A stretch of 64,000 bases of DNA, from assembly GCA_012295275.1 (NCBI GenBank), contig CM022677.1:1178001-1242000 (forward strand), written 5' to 3'. A program made the position numbers and the translations under genes. The notes below the pieces were generated by a model, which had not been told where the DNA came from, did not search any database, and worked only from the letters and a program-made list of their open reading frames with translations. Shown here one piece after another: positions 27,901 through 58,100 of the stretch. Origin of the DNA: Chrysomallon squamiferum. Lineage: Eukaryota > Animalia > Mollusca. Numbering within the stretch: the stretch's first letter is position 1; every line of letters begins with the position of its first letter.

Positions 27901-28026
27901 AACAAAAAGAACAGTTTAAAACTGTATTAAAAAAAATCAGACTTATTGTGCTAAGAAGACCAGAAACACAAATCTGTTGTTACTGATGAACATGGTTGGT
28001 TGTAGATGCTCACTTGCAAGCGTTTG

Positions 28027-45418
<17,392 letters not shown>

Positions 45419-45909
45419 AACTAGCTGTTGTGATGAGCTTATCACAGAGACAATAAAATTAAAAAAATGTGGATTCGATTCGCTCCACCAAAGCCATCAT
45501 CAGACATTAAAGACAATGGCTGTTACCCCACCAAGCAATATTCCTAAACGTCTAGATAAATGCATTTTAGGGTTGCCGACCAACCCATAACTTAAATAAA
45601 CCCATTACAGGTAAATGCAATAAATGTATTACTAAACACACAAATTATGATCAGAAGAAAATGTTTGCAGTCTTTGATTAGTACTGAGAACTAAATTTCC
45701 AGCGCATAGCCTTGAACTTCATTTCTCGAGTATTGACAAGACCAAAATCATTATAGTATTAGATCCACTCGATGAAGAAAACGAGAGAACAGTACCAGTT
45801 GGTAATCTTGATGATGCAAAATATGTTTTAAATATATATCCAACAGAAGTCACTATATTAGTAAGATGAAGTAATAAAACAGGTCAAATACATGAGCTCA
45901 TTTCACCAT

Positions 45910-46030
45910 AGCGGAAAAACAGACGTAAACAACCTCTCGCTCTGATTGGTCAATTCCTGGTAGAGCTATCTAGACAACGAAAGTCATTCTTATTATACAA
46001 TCGCCATTGTTTATCTGTTTACGTGGCAGT
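45910..46030 (-). promoter_or_regulatory. Putative InR proximal promoter with three forkhead sites and a CCAAT box
   Basis: GTAAACAA 45925-45932, TTGTTTAT 46007-46014, CTGTTTAC 46015-46022, ATTGG 45945-45949, in a locally CpG-richer patch ~0.5 kb upstream of the ATG. The TSS is not known. Confidence 0.5.
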
Positions 46031-46318
46031 ATTTGGAAAATATAATTTTTTAAAATGCATTGCAGTACAGAAAAAATATAAATAAAATTAGCCTAAAAAA
46101 ATAAAAAATAAAAAAATGAAAGAAAGAAAGAAAGAAATAAGTTTCTAATTAAATATTTTTGTCACAATTCGAAACATAATATCGGTTAACTTTCAATATT
46201 ACTTCTTTTTTGTTTGAAAACGTCGTATAGCTTATAGCAAACGTTATGTTTTCCTGAAAACTGTACGTTACATATTTACAAAATACCCACGCACGAACAA
46301 CAACAACAACAACAAAAA

Positions 46319-46363
<45 letters not shown>

Positions 46364-47016
46364 TAAAATAAAATAAAATAAATAATAATAATAATAATAA
46401 ACAAAAAATAAATAAAAGATGAAAGATTAATATTGCCTTATTTTATTTGGCAATAACATCAGCACCGAATTATATTTGAACTTAGCAAATAAAATTAATA
46501 ATTTAGATAACAAAAAAAAAAGGACATTATATTCAATTGAGCGATATTTAAAAGAAATTCTTAAAGTGAACAATTTATTTATTAACTGCATTTTCTAATG
46601 TACTTTCAAACAATTAATTTACAGAAGATGTCATATATAAAAATGTGAGTTCAGTTACTCGTAGTCCTCAAAAACAAGTCGTGAAATATTTTTTCTTTCT
46701 TTCTTTTTCAGTTGCTGTACTTTAAAAGAAAATTGCAGTAGATGATAAAACCAGACGCCGAAGTTATTCCAAATTATATAATTAAACTATAGCGCAAGGG
46801 GAATATAGCATTAACCTCGCATAATTTAAATGCTACTGTTGATCGCAGATGTAAGTCTTACAGATTTTGAATATCGAAACATTTTTCTACGAAATTACGA
46901 TACAGTTAATTGGTCTGTTCGATATATCACAACGAGTATCCCCAAAAGGACGCATTCAGAAGTATTGTAAAGTACTATGTTATTTATTTATTCTGTTTTA
47001 TTAATTCGATTTTTGG

Positions 47017-47017
<1 letters not shown>

Positions 47018-47089
<72 letters not shown>
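47018..47089. repeat. (AAT)11(ATT)13 spacerless palindromic microsatellite
   Basis: The AAT run switches directly to an ATT run at 47050/47051. Confidence 0.9.
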
Positions 47090-47091
<2 letters not shown>

Positions 47092-47362
47092 GCTCCTGTA
47101 TGATTTTAGAATTAGAAAATATTGAATACCTTGAATATCCGACATTCAGTTTAGACTTTAATTATTCCCTCTAGCGGAGGGATTAATTTAATATTTATAC
47201 AGACTCAGACAAAATTACTTTAAGTTAGTATAATGATTAATTTACAACAAAAAATATAGATTGTTTTGTCTTATTTAGTCTTTATATTCATAGATTATTT
47301 TCACTTAACAGCTAGTTTATATCGTTTTCGTGTTTCGTTACTTTAACAGTGTTAATTATAAT

Positions 47363-47456
47363 AAAATTTACTCTGTCCATTAAAATTTTTTATTCGGTAA
47401 TGCAAATTTAACATTTGTGTCCCCTATTTAAAATTTACTCTGTCCATTAAAATTTA
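47363..47456. repeat. ~26 bp direct repeat upstream of COX5A
   Basis: aaatttactctgtccattaaaattt at ~47364-47388 and ~47431-47455. Confidence 0.8.
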
Positions 47457-47609
47457 TAAATTGTAACTCTTAAACTAATCCGAAAATAGGTTCCGAAATC
47501 ATCCGATGAGTTCCGAGTTTCAATTCAGAGAATTGTGGGATTTGTCTTCCGGTTCTTGTCGATTTCCTCATTTCCTTTTGGTGGGAAGGTCACATTGCAA
47601 CATTACAAA

Positions 47610-50198
47610 ATGTTTCGAGCTGTCCAGAGAGTATCCTCAGCGGTTCACCACGTTGCCAGACAAACATTGCGGCAACGCCAACCACTAATAGGTAATTATA
47701 TACATTATAATTCTATTCGTGAAATTATATTGTTAAAACAGAAATCAGAATTAATCGTCATTATCGTCTGATCGCAAATCATCCAAATGACGGTGAAATG
47801 TGAAACGTGACCGAAACTAATAATAAGAGAAAACATTATTTAACTCTTAAACTGTTATATCTAAACAACATCAATAATTTAAATAAGTTAAGTAATGATT
47901 TAAAGAATATTTTATTATACATATAAAAATATAGATTTTATAATGAAATACAAATTTATAATTGTGGAAATGTCCTTTGATGAAATGCTTAAATACAAGT
48001 TAAAATGTGATTTTATTTTTAGTCACATTTTAACTTGTATTTAAAGCATTTCATAAGTTATGGAATCAGATTATTAATGTCTTTAATTTGAACAAAGTAT
48101 CATAGAAAAAATGACGAATCACGTACAAAAATAACAAAAATAATAAAATAAAGAAATACGAATTTAATTTAGTTGATTAATTCTAACAGAAATAAAATCA
48201 TTTTATTTATTGAAAATAAATTAATTAAAAACTGATGTTCACATTTATTAATGTTCCATCTTTCCTTTTTCTGATAATTAAGTAGTTTTCTATTTTATTA
48301 TTTTAAAAACATTTATAATGAATTCATATTGATTGGTACAATGTTATTGCAGCAGGTAATACCAACCTTTTAATGAATATGACTTTTAAAACTAAAACTA
48401 TTATTTTCTATAATTCTGTAAATGAAAGGTCAAACATGCTATTGGTTGTAAAATGGAATTTAATGAAACCTGATCAAAATGACATTCACTTACATATGAA
48501 CAAGGTCAAAATAAGTGAACAAAAGCTTTTTAAATTTTAATTTATCTGGGCTTCTTTTGAATATATTTTTAAAGAACAATATCAATGATTTATCAAGTTC
48601 AGAATGGAGGTCATGACAGAAACTGGATATGTTCAAGAATAATATATTGTTCACCAAAAATATAATTTCCTAACTTAACCAGTGAAAATAATTTCACAAT
48701 CAGTGACAGAGGAGTAATGATAATTTCAGAATCAGATGGGTACAGTGTTCTACTTAAGTATATTTTTGAATTAAATCTCTTGGAGATTGGACATAAATGC
48801 AGCTCATTTTCAACCTCATCACTTCACAGGAACAACTATTTTGATACTATGAAAACATAAATTTAATTGTTAGTGCAAACTCTTGATCATTTGTTTTTCT
48901 TTGTGAAGATGTTTCCGTGTATGGTTAATTAAAATGTTTAATTGTAGCTGCTGTTGGTGTCAGATACAAGCACTCAGAAGAAGAATCTGATGCTGATTTT
49001 GACAACAGATATGAAGCCTACTTCAACCGACCCAACATTGACGGATGGGAAGTGAGGAAAGCCATGAATGACTTACAGGTGACTTATTATTGTTAAATGT
49101 TTTCATCCAGTTAGATGCAGGCCACACTTTAAAACTTTATTTTGGATAGGTGTATGACTTTGTTATAAGTAATAATGTAAAAACATGTTAAGTGTGAAAT
49201 GTTTGAAAATGGTTATCTAATAATAAATGTATTTTTAAGTACTGCATATAGTACCTACTTAGGATTATATTCTGATCAGAAATTGATTATGTTTCACTGT
49301 TTTATCTTTTTGTTGTTGTTTTATATATGGCAGGCCATAAATCATAAATGTTATTAGTAGGTGAATAGTTGTAATATGAAAGTGTTTGTTTAAAAGCTTT
49401 CATATTTGGGAAAAAACATATTAAAAGATAAATCATGTGATACTAAAATATTCTTTCAGGAATTGGAAAATATTGTTTGGAATGTGCTCTGTATTCAGAA
49501 TTTTATCAATTTTTTTATTGCAGGGTTACGATTTGATTCCTGAACCCAAAATCATCATTGCTGCCTTGAAGGCATGTCGTCGTATCAACGACTATGCACT
49601 GGCTGTACGCTATTTGGAAGCTGTCAAGGTTTGTAACATTATTAAACCAGATATCTTTTAACAGAAAGTATTTATCAGATATCCCTTAGATTTTTGAAAA
49701 AAACCTCTCAATTTGTGCCATCTCCAGATGTAGTGTATTTTGTTTTCAGCTGTTTTAAAATAAAAATAATTAAAATTGTTCTTTGCATTGTAGATGTTTT
49801 TATTATTTTTAACTTACCATACCCATAATACAATACTGATTGTTTAATTTAAAAAAAAAACTTTTTGAAATATTTAGATTGACTGTTTATAAAGATGATT
49901 AAATGGTTTATATTAATTATAATCTTCTTTTAATTTTATTGGTATTGATTTTTCATCTGCTCCATCAAGCACATGGATACTTGTCTTAAATTTTCTTTTG
50001 CATATTTATCTGACATACACAAACTGCTATAAAATAAAATCTCTGATTCAGGACAAGTGTGGTAACCGTGTACAGGAAATCTGGCCATATCTTCACCAAG
50101 AGTTGAAACCCACCCTGGATGAACTCGGCATTCTGACCCCTGATGAAATGGGCTACGACAAACCCGAACTCGCTTTGAAAGACGTGTACTCCATGTAG
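47610..50198 (+). CDS. COX5A: Cytochrome c oxidase subunit 5A, mitochondrial, ~154 aa
   Basis: Exons 47610-47691, 48948-49078, 49524-49628, 50052-50198. Presequence [10 protein letters not shown]..., [93 protein letters not shown]. Confidence 0.97.
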
Positions 50199-50207
50199 CT
50201 TTTAAAG

Positions 50208-50567
50208 GTATTGTATACAGCTATTTAGAGGTTTTCATCTCATATTTACTGAGATTTAAAACTTATAATTTCTCAATGTCTTGTGCAAGAATATAATGTT
50301 AACATCATATAAAGTTGTGAACCATTTGATAATATTTGGATAGTAAAATTTACAGCTAAGGCCTAATTTATTTATTTATGGTTTTGTTAAGATAATACAT
50401 TTTTTAAAAATATTTTTGTTAATGGTTTGGTAAGATGATAAGTTTTTGTAAAATATTCTTAGCATTACAGAATTTGAACTCACCTGGTTAAATTGAATCT
50501 GTAAAGACCATACCCACTTGTTATTTCTTTAAATGATTATATATATTTTTTTTTTACATTGTTTCAG
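50208..50567 (+). other. Probable intron in the COX5A 3' UTR
   Basis: Donor AAG|gtattg 9 nt after the stop; acceptor T-tract-acattgtttcag| at 50567; AATAAA at 50809 and 51006. Confidence 0.6.
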
Positions 50568-53288
50568 GTTTCTGGTGTACATATTTAAACTGATGTGGAT
50601 GTAGTATGTTGTGAAACAAGGAAGACTTGTGTGCCATTTGTAACCACAGTGTCAGCATGAAGAACAATGACAAAAACAAAGAAAAAGACTTAATCTGTTA
50701 ATCTTTTACATGAGACCTTGTGTACTAAATCGGATTTGTAAATTTTCTAACTAAAACTCTTTCAGGAATTACTTTCTTAATCATCAGTGAATAATCAATG
50801 AGTTAGGGAATAAATGTGTGTCAAGTTTCCACTGGCACATAATATAAACAGACATTTACTATAGTTGAAAAAAGTAAACATCTCGCCTGTTAAAGTGGAT
50901 TATTTATTACTTTGTTTTAGTTACTAACAGAAAAAGTTTTCTTTAGTCAGCTGGTAAGTGGAACTGAGCTGGTAACATGGGTTTCTGTTTGTATTTATGG
51001 TTTAAAATAAAAGATTTTTATCTCTTTTGTTGCAGTGTTGTTTCTTATTTTGTATTTTTGGAAAGTAAAAAGTCTTGATGACAATAATTAAGTATCAGCG
51101 ACTGTTATGTAAATATTTGTTCAACAGATAATCAGTACAATTTCAGAAGTAGCTGTTTGTTAAGAATTCTGGTTACACCATAAGACTAAAATAATAAAAT
51201 TTATGAATTTTTATTACTTTTTTTTTTAAGTTAAATTTTTACGTTGTGTTTACTGAATGTCCCAATTTACTTTTTCATCTGAATGTTTGCATAGAATCTC
51301 TGATCTATACAAAAAACCTGACATGCCTGAATTTACTACTTTACAATTGACACTTTAAATTTTCTTTTAAAAAAATTATTGAAATAACATTTTAGAATGT
51401 CATGTTAATCAGATCCCTGTCTCCAGTGTGTAAAGATTTAACAAAACATTTCAAAACATTACAGGCAACTCCCAAAATTAACATACGTTTGAAATAAACC
51501 ACTAAAACTGTATCTTGTGTGAACTACCAGATGTAATAACTACAAGACTAGGAATTTACATGCAGTGCTGAATTTGGGTTGTTAATGCTGTCTGTAAAAA
51601 AACCAAAGAGGATATTCTCAAGTCAAACATTGCTGATAGCAGATAACCCTGTTAATATTGGCTGAATATTTTGCTTGTGTCTGAACAATGAGCTTAAGAT
51701 AAAGAAAATGAAATGGCTATCTTCAGAGCTTGTTTTTTTGTTTTGCTATGGAATTTTAACAATGCCAAAAAATCTGATTTAGTATACCTAAATCTTGTTT
51801 GGTTCTAATCTAGGCTTGTGATGATAATCCTTACAAAATGAAAAAAGACCTCTATGTGTTGGGTATTTAGAACATATAATGTGTATATGCTGAACTATGC
51901 CATGGGATCACTGATAGAATAAAAAAGGATGACTAAGGATAAAAACATGTAATGGAGTTATAAGCACTGACTTTCTGCTGAGTGCTTTAAGAAATGATTA
52001 ACTATACATCTCATTTTGTTACTCCCACTGGTAGGTCAAAGTTTACCACTCCATTTTAGTTTGTGTATCAAAAACTGGTTAAAATCTCTAAACATGCTAA
52101 ATTAATAAGAAAATGTAAATCCTTGCTATTCGGGCTAGTGACATCAGTGTGAATGTTGTTGCCCATGGTATATGCTGTCCTGCATCTACAACTGTCAACA
52201 GAAGTTATCCACTGCTTTCACTTGGCTCTTTATAACATTAGATATGTCCAGACACTGTAGCAGAGCATCACTTACATACTACCTCCTTGTGGTTACTGTA
52301 TCTTGACTATGAAACCCAGTTTAATTTCACACGTGATTAAAACATGTCTCTACATGAGTTAATCTCTATATACATCTGCATAAAACAGGAACAAAGATGT
52401 GTTGAACACCTGAGTCTAGGACAGAGCAGTGAGTTGCCACTCCCAGGACACAAACAACTTCAAGATTCATGGTGAAACTAACATCAGTTTGTAAGATTCT
52501 ACTGATATTTTCCATGAGGAAACATAAATTGGAAATCTTGAGATTTGACTGTTTAATATTAGATTAAATTAGAAGTTTTGACATAAGATGCATTTTGAAT
52601 AAAAGTGTTTGCTATCTAGCTAGTATATACCTGTTCAAGCAGAATGTTCTTCAAAAATGTTTGTAAAACATAAAATATTTTCTCTCATTGAACATATGCA
52701 TTATTTTTGACTAATTTTGTTTTCTGCATTAACAAATGAAGTTGTAATAAATAAATAAACAGATGTTCCAAAATGTAGACATACAGCCATTCACAAATAA
52801 AACAAAAATTGCACTGCTCTGTGTTAATACGTAATCCACATCTACAGCAGGTTTAAACTGAAACAAAGTGAAAAGAAGAAAAGCAAAATTTTATTTTTAT
52901 TTCACTTTCATGATTTTTTAAAAGGTTTTGGGTGTGTAAGTCTAATGATTTGAAAGCAATGATGACAGACATTCTACATATGTAAATACAACAATAAAAA
53001 TAAAAATAACACAAGTTAGATTGTATTCACAATCTATTAACTATATATATGTATATATATATATATATATTTTTTGTATTATTATTTTTTTTTTTTTACA
53101 CAACACAAGAAAAACAGAAAATGATGATAAACTGTAAATAAATAAATAGTAACAAGTTATAATTATCTTTGGTCCTTGGTTATCTGAGCACAAGATAAAT
53201 AAAACAAACATGTTAAATATATTTTCTTTCTCCTTTCATAATAATTTTCACAGGCAATGGAAATTATATATATATATATATATACACA

Positions 53289-53330
<42 letters not shown>

Positions 53331-53918
53331 TGTATTTAAATATATATATATATCCTCTCTGCTGGTGTTTGCCTTCAAGGCTGAGATAAATGGTTCACTT
53401 TGAAGATGAGATCTCATGTTTTACGAGGGAGTTAATGTGCACCCTCAGCTGAATCTACCCACACAACCTGATAGTAGCAGCAGGGTTTGAGCATTGTGGT
53501 CACGAATGTAATAGTAAATAAACAAAAATAAACAAAAAATACTCCTTTTAACAAACACTGCACTAACGTGGCACATACAATACAAGTAATTTGTTCTGAA
53601 TGAGATTTCACCACACAGTTTTAACATTTCACAACAACTTCTCTTCCTGGTAGCAGCAGTAACTCTGAAGTTAAAGGGGAGATAACTGTATTCTCAACCC
53701 TTCTGCACCGAAACTAAGAAATCCCAGAATCACTCTCGACATCTAACTTTTTTTTTTCTCCGACTTACAACACAAAACTGGAGATCATTGAACCCACTGT
53801 AGAAAACTTGACTATCAAAAAATAGGTTTGACTTTTTAAATTTCCACAGTTTTGTAGTATGGCCTGGCTCTCTTGTGCAGGGAAGTGGAAAGACTGAAGG
53901 TTTTAAACTGGACTGTTT

Positions 53919-54137
53919 TCAAGATGGTGCTGAGACGACCGACAGGCGAGACTGTTTGGGTTCAATGTCCAGTGAGGCTCGGTACGTCTGTTCTTCGTCC
54001 AGCAGTCGACTTGTGTCCAGTAAATAACTTGTTACCTGCAAATAACAACAACATATTTACCTTTTCAAGCACACCTGGATCTCTGCAGGCACAGACACAC
54101 ATACACAAACTCACATACACACACACACACACAAACA

Positions 54138-54222
<85 letters not shown>

Positions 54223-55100
54223 AACTGCTGCTATAGATTCCAGACTGTATACAGCAATGTTCTGTCTAATTTATCCAAACCACTGAGTGGAACTTTTGAT
54301 GAGAAAAATATGGAAATGCACAGTGACCAAAACAACTTATTTTGTAAACTAAAATGAGAAACATCAACACAGTGACTGCACAGCTGTCCAGTGAAGCGGG
54401 TTAGAGGGATGATGCTGTACAGGAATTACTGATAACAAAAACCTTAAACTTCTAGTTTTACATCCAAGCCTTGGAAACAGTAAAATATTTACCCGTGGGT
54501 GGTGTTCAATCTTGTAGGATGTCTGTTGAAAAAGTTTAATCTCACGAATTACATGAGCAACCTGCAAGCATAAGATACATGGTTAGAAAAAAAACAACAA
54601 CACTTCTCATCTAAAATAAGTCTGTTTCCAGAAATCTATACATACACTTACTCATTACATAAAGAGATGTGCATCTGACTTGAATCAAGTTGTGTATATG
54701 AATGTAGTCCAATACTTGACTCACTGCACATCAGCACTGACTCATTCACTTGACAGGTTCAAGCAGAACAGTGTCTGTCACAGTGTACATCTATTACAGA
54801 TTTTAATTAATCCTTTCAAAATTCCTTACCATTCTCATTTTAGAAAAATTCACGAGTCCCTCCTCAGTGAAATTGGGAGTTCCTTCTTCGATGAAAGACA
54901 GATCTGTGAGGTACATACCCAGGTATGGAATACAAGGTGGGTCACACCTAAACATACAATAGTTATTTTAAAAAAAAAAAGTGCTTGAATATAGAAACAT
55001 GTCTTCACCTAAGTAATTATAAATAAAGTTTATTTTAGAGTGAAAGGTGTCTGTTATTAGTTGAAATAAAAGTATGTATTATACAAACACAGCTGAATTA

Positions 55101-55136
<36 letters not shown>

Positions 55137-58100
55137 CACACAAACACATATATTTTAGTTAAAGATATAAATTGACTTAGCAAAAGATTCAGAATTTTTT
55201 TTATAGAGAAGAAAAGATGATATAAGGTTAGCAGTAGTGATAAAAAGAAGACATTACTGTTAAATAATTTAGCTGTATTCTATAACATCATTAAAACTTG
55301 TAATTCAGAAAAAAATCTTTTTTTGTATAGGATACAAGTTTAAGCAGATCCTTGTTTAAACTGATGCAAAACTTGCCTGTGCAGAGCATCTCTCATGTTT
55401 TTGAATCTGCCTTCTGACGACACCAAAGTCTGCAGTCTCTCGATCATCTGCTTTGTCTGAAAGAAAAATTAAATAAACAAATAAAGAGGGATCTACTGGA
55501 TCCTGTGTTTAGACAGACAACAACCAGCAGCATTCGTACAAATCAGTTTACATCTTCATGTAATCAGTGACCAACCTGTACAGACTAACATTAATTCTGC
55601 AAACCTGCTGTGGTGGATACTAAAAGACATTCGAGTCAGAGAGACGTGTTCACCTGTTTGGGAACTTTCTCCCAGGTTTTCTTCAGCCGGTAGACAGAGC
55701 TGTTGACAAATGCAGCACAGATCTGCAGCACGCCATTGTAGTTGTGCATACATCGGCAGATATCGGCAATGGCAGCCCACTTCTCTATGCATGTAACTCT
55801 GTCCTGTAGATTGGAACGGGAAACAATCTCAGACACAACCAGTCGACTCACCTAGAAAAACAAGTAAACATATGTAAACTAACATCGGGAAACAATCTTT
55901 GTTATGGTAGAAAACATTACAAACTATGTACTGCTGTAATGTGTTTTTGCTGGTTAATCAATATGAAGTACACTGAAAGAAAACATTTATATGCTAAAAT
56001 TATTACAGTGAACAAATGTATTCATCAGGCTGTTTCAACTTTTTAAATCACTTTCTGAAAGTAAAATGTGAGTACTCACGTCATTAAATTCTTACTGACA
56101 AGTCAAATGTGAGTATTCATGTCAGTAAATTATTGACTCACAAGTTAAGTGTGAGTACTCACCTCATTAAACCTCTTGCTGACAAGTAAAATGTGAGTAT
56201 TAATGTCAGTAAATTATTGACTCACAAGTTAAGTGTACTCACCTCATTAAACCTCTTGCTGACAAGTAACACATGGGGTGCTCTGTGACATTTGTCTGGT
56301 TTCATCCATGCCTGGCACAACAATTCTCTGTTAAAAAAGATTCATGAATTTTGATAAGACAACATTTTTATATGACATTCCACTATTAATGAGGACTGTT
56401 AAGCACTAGAAACAGTTTTCTGTTGGTTTACTCTGGAAACATTATTTGCTTTGTTACATGTATGCATATATATTTATTTTAACACTATAATTGTGATATC
56501 TAAGAGAAAAAGTAAAAACTCTAGAAGTGAGTCTATGAGACTTTCTGATCATGTCACACAAACTGACTTACTCGCTGCGGATTGACATGAAGATCTGGTG
56601 GTCAAGATACGTCAACTGCTCTGCGATGTCCATTGCTGCTAGGGTGTCAAAAGTGTCTTTGGAAGGATGCTGGGAAAACAAATACACAATGATTATTCAA
56701 CACATACTGAGAAGTAAATGTGTTTGTTTGTGATAACTGTTTTATACAAGCCAAAATTAACTATGCTGAAATATTTTTATACTATTTACAAATCAGTCTA
56801 AAATGTACACATAAGAGCACAAAATGTGATGTAAATAAATAATATCCATCTGGTGACCTCCCAGGAAAACAAAATGAAATGAGATGTAACATTACATTCA
56901 AAAGTGACAAGCAGTTATTGAAAAGTTTGAGCTAGGTGACGGAAGTTACCATTGGTGGGATCAGCAGTCTGTCGAGGTCGACGATGTTCATGTCGGAGGT
57001 ATCTTTGGTGATGGTTCGCAGGATGGAGGCGGCTGCCTTGTGTTCCGCGGGGAGCAGGTTTGTGTTGCACACCATCTCTTCCAGCAAGTCAATCACTGCA
57101 GCCTTCAGATCAGGGTCCGACTCAAAGTCCTACATCAACAAAATACAGCAACTTCTTAGTTAACAGCAGCAACAGACAGACAGACACATGTACAGATGTA
57201 TAAACTGACAGAGAGATGATTAGTGAAATAGGTGTATCAATAGCACAGATGGATGGATGGAAAAATAGATTGGAAGTGTGAGAAAAAAAAGTGTAATAAA
57301 CATTTCAACTGGTTATAAAGAATAACAAGTATATGGAGTTAAATCACGATGCTTTCTGACACCCACTGATAGTTTCACACACAATTAATCTCCATAATTA
57401 AAACCTTGCATAATGAATTACAAACTGAAAAAGTCTGGATTTACTCTATTAAGTAATGTGAAATACTGTCATACATTTTTAAAAACTGTTATTAAACATC
57501 AGAAATAAAAAAACAACCAGGTCACACACTTTAGATGAAGAAAAATAATGCTGAATATATAAATATATATATATATATATAAATATAAAAATATAAATAT
57601 ATATAAATGCTATGTATACATTAATAAAAAGAAGATAGAAAAAGAATGAAAAGAATTAAATAGAATTACTGTTTTATAAAAAATTTTAATCTGAATTAAC
57701 TGGATACAGCATACCAATGCATCAATTAATCAACACTATTAAAATATTCTACTTCACTAAAATATAAACAGCTGTTGTCATAGATGCAACCTCAGACAAG
57801 AAATCTGATTTTACTTTTCTGTAGAGCAGTGTTTCACAAACAAATGTTTACCATGTTTTTTACTATCAGACATTCGCACAGCACTGGCCAAAATGTCAAC
57901 CAGCAAAATTTCTTTTTAAAATTTGTTCTTCTTAAGAAAATGAAAATAAGGGATGACACAGAGACAACAAAAACATGCAAAGAACAAAAAAGTATTTTAA
58001 AAAACAACAGAATAATAAAATATATCAATAAATAAACAAATAATTAAATGAAATTTTAGTTAAAAATAAATAAAGACAAAGTTATTTTTAAAGAATAAAA

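Noticed and set aside
56060-56270. Repeat-spacer appearance suggestive of CRISPR
   Set aside because: Eukaryotic intron; the spacers are copies of each other and there are no cas genes.
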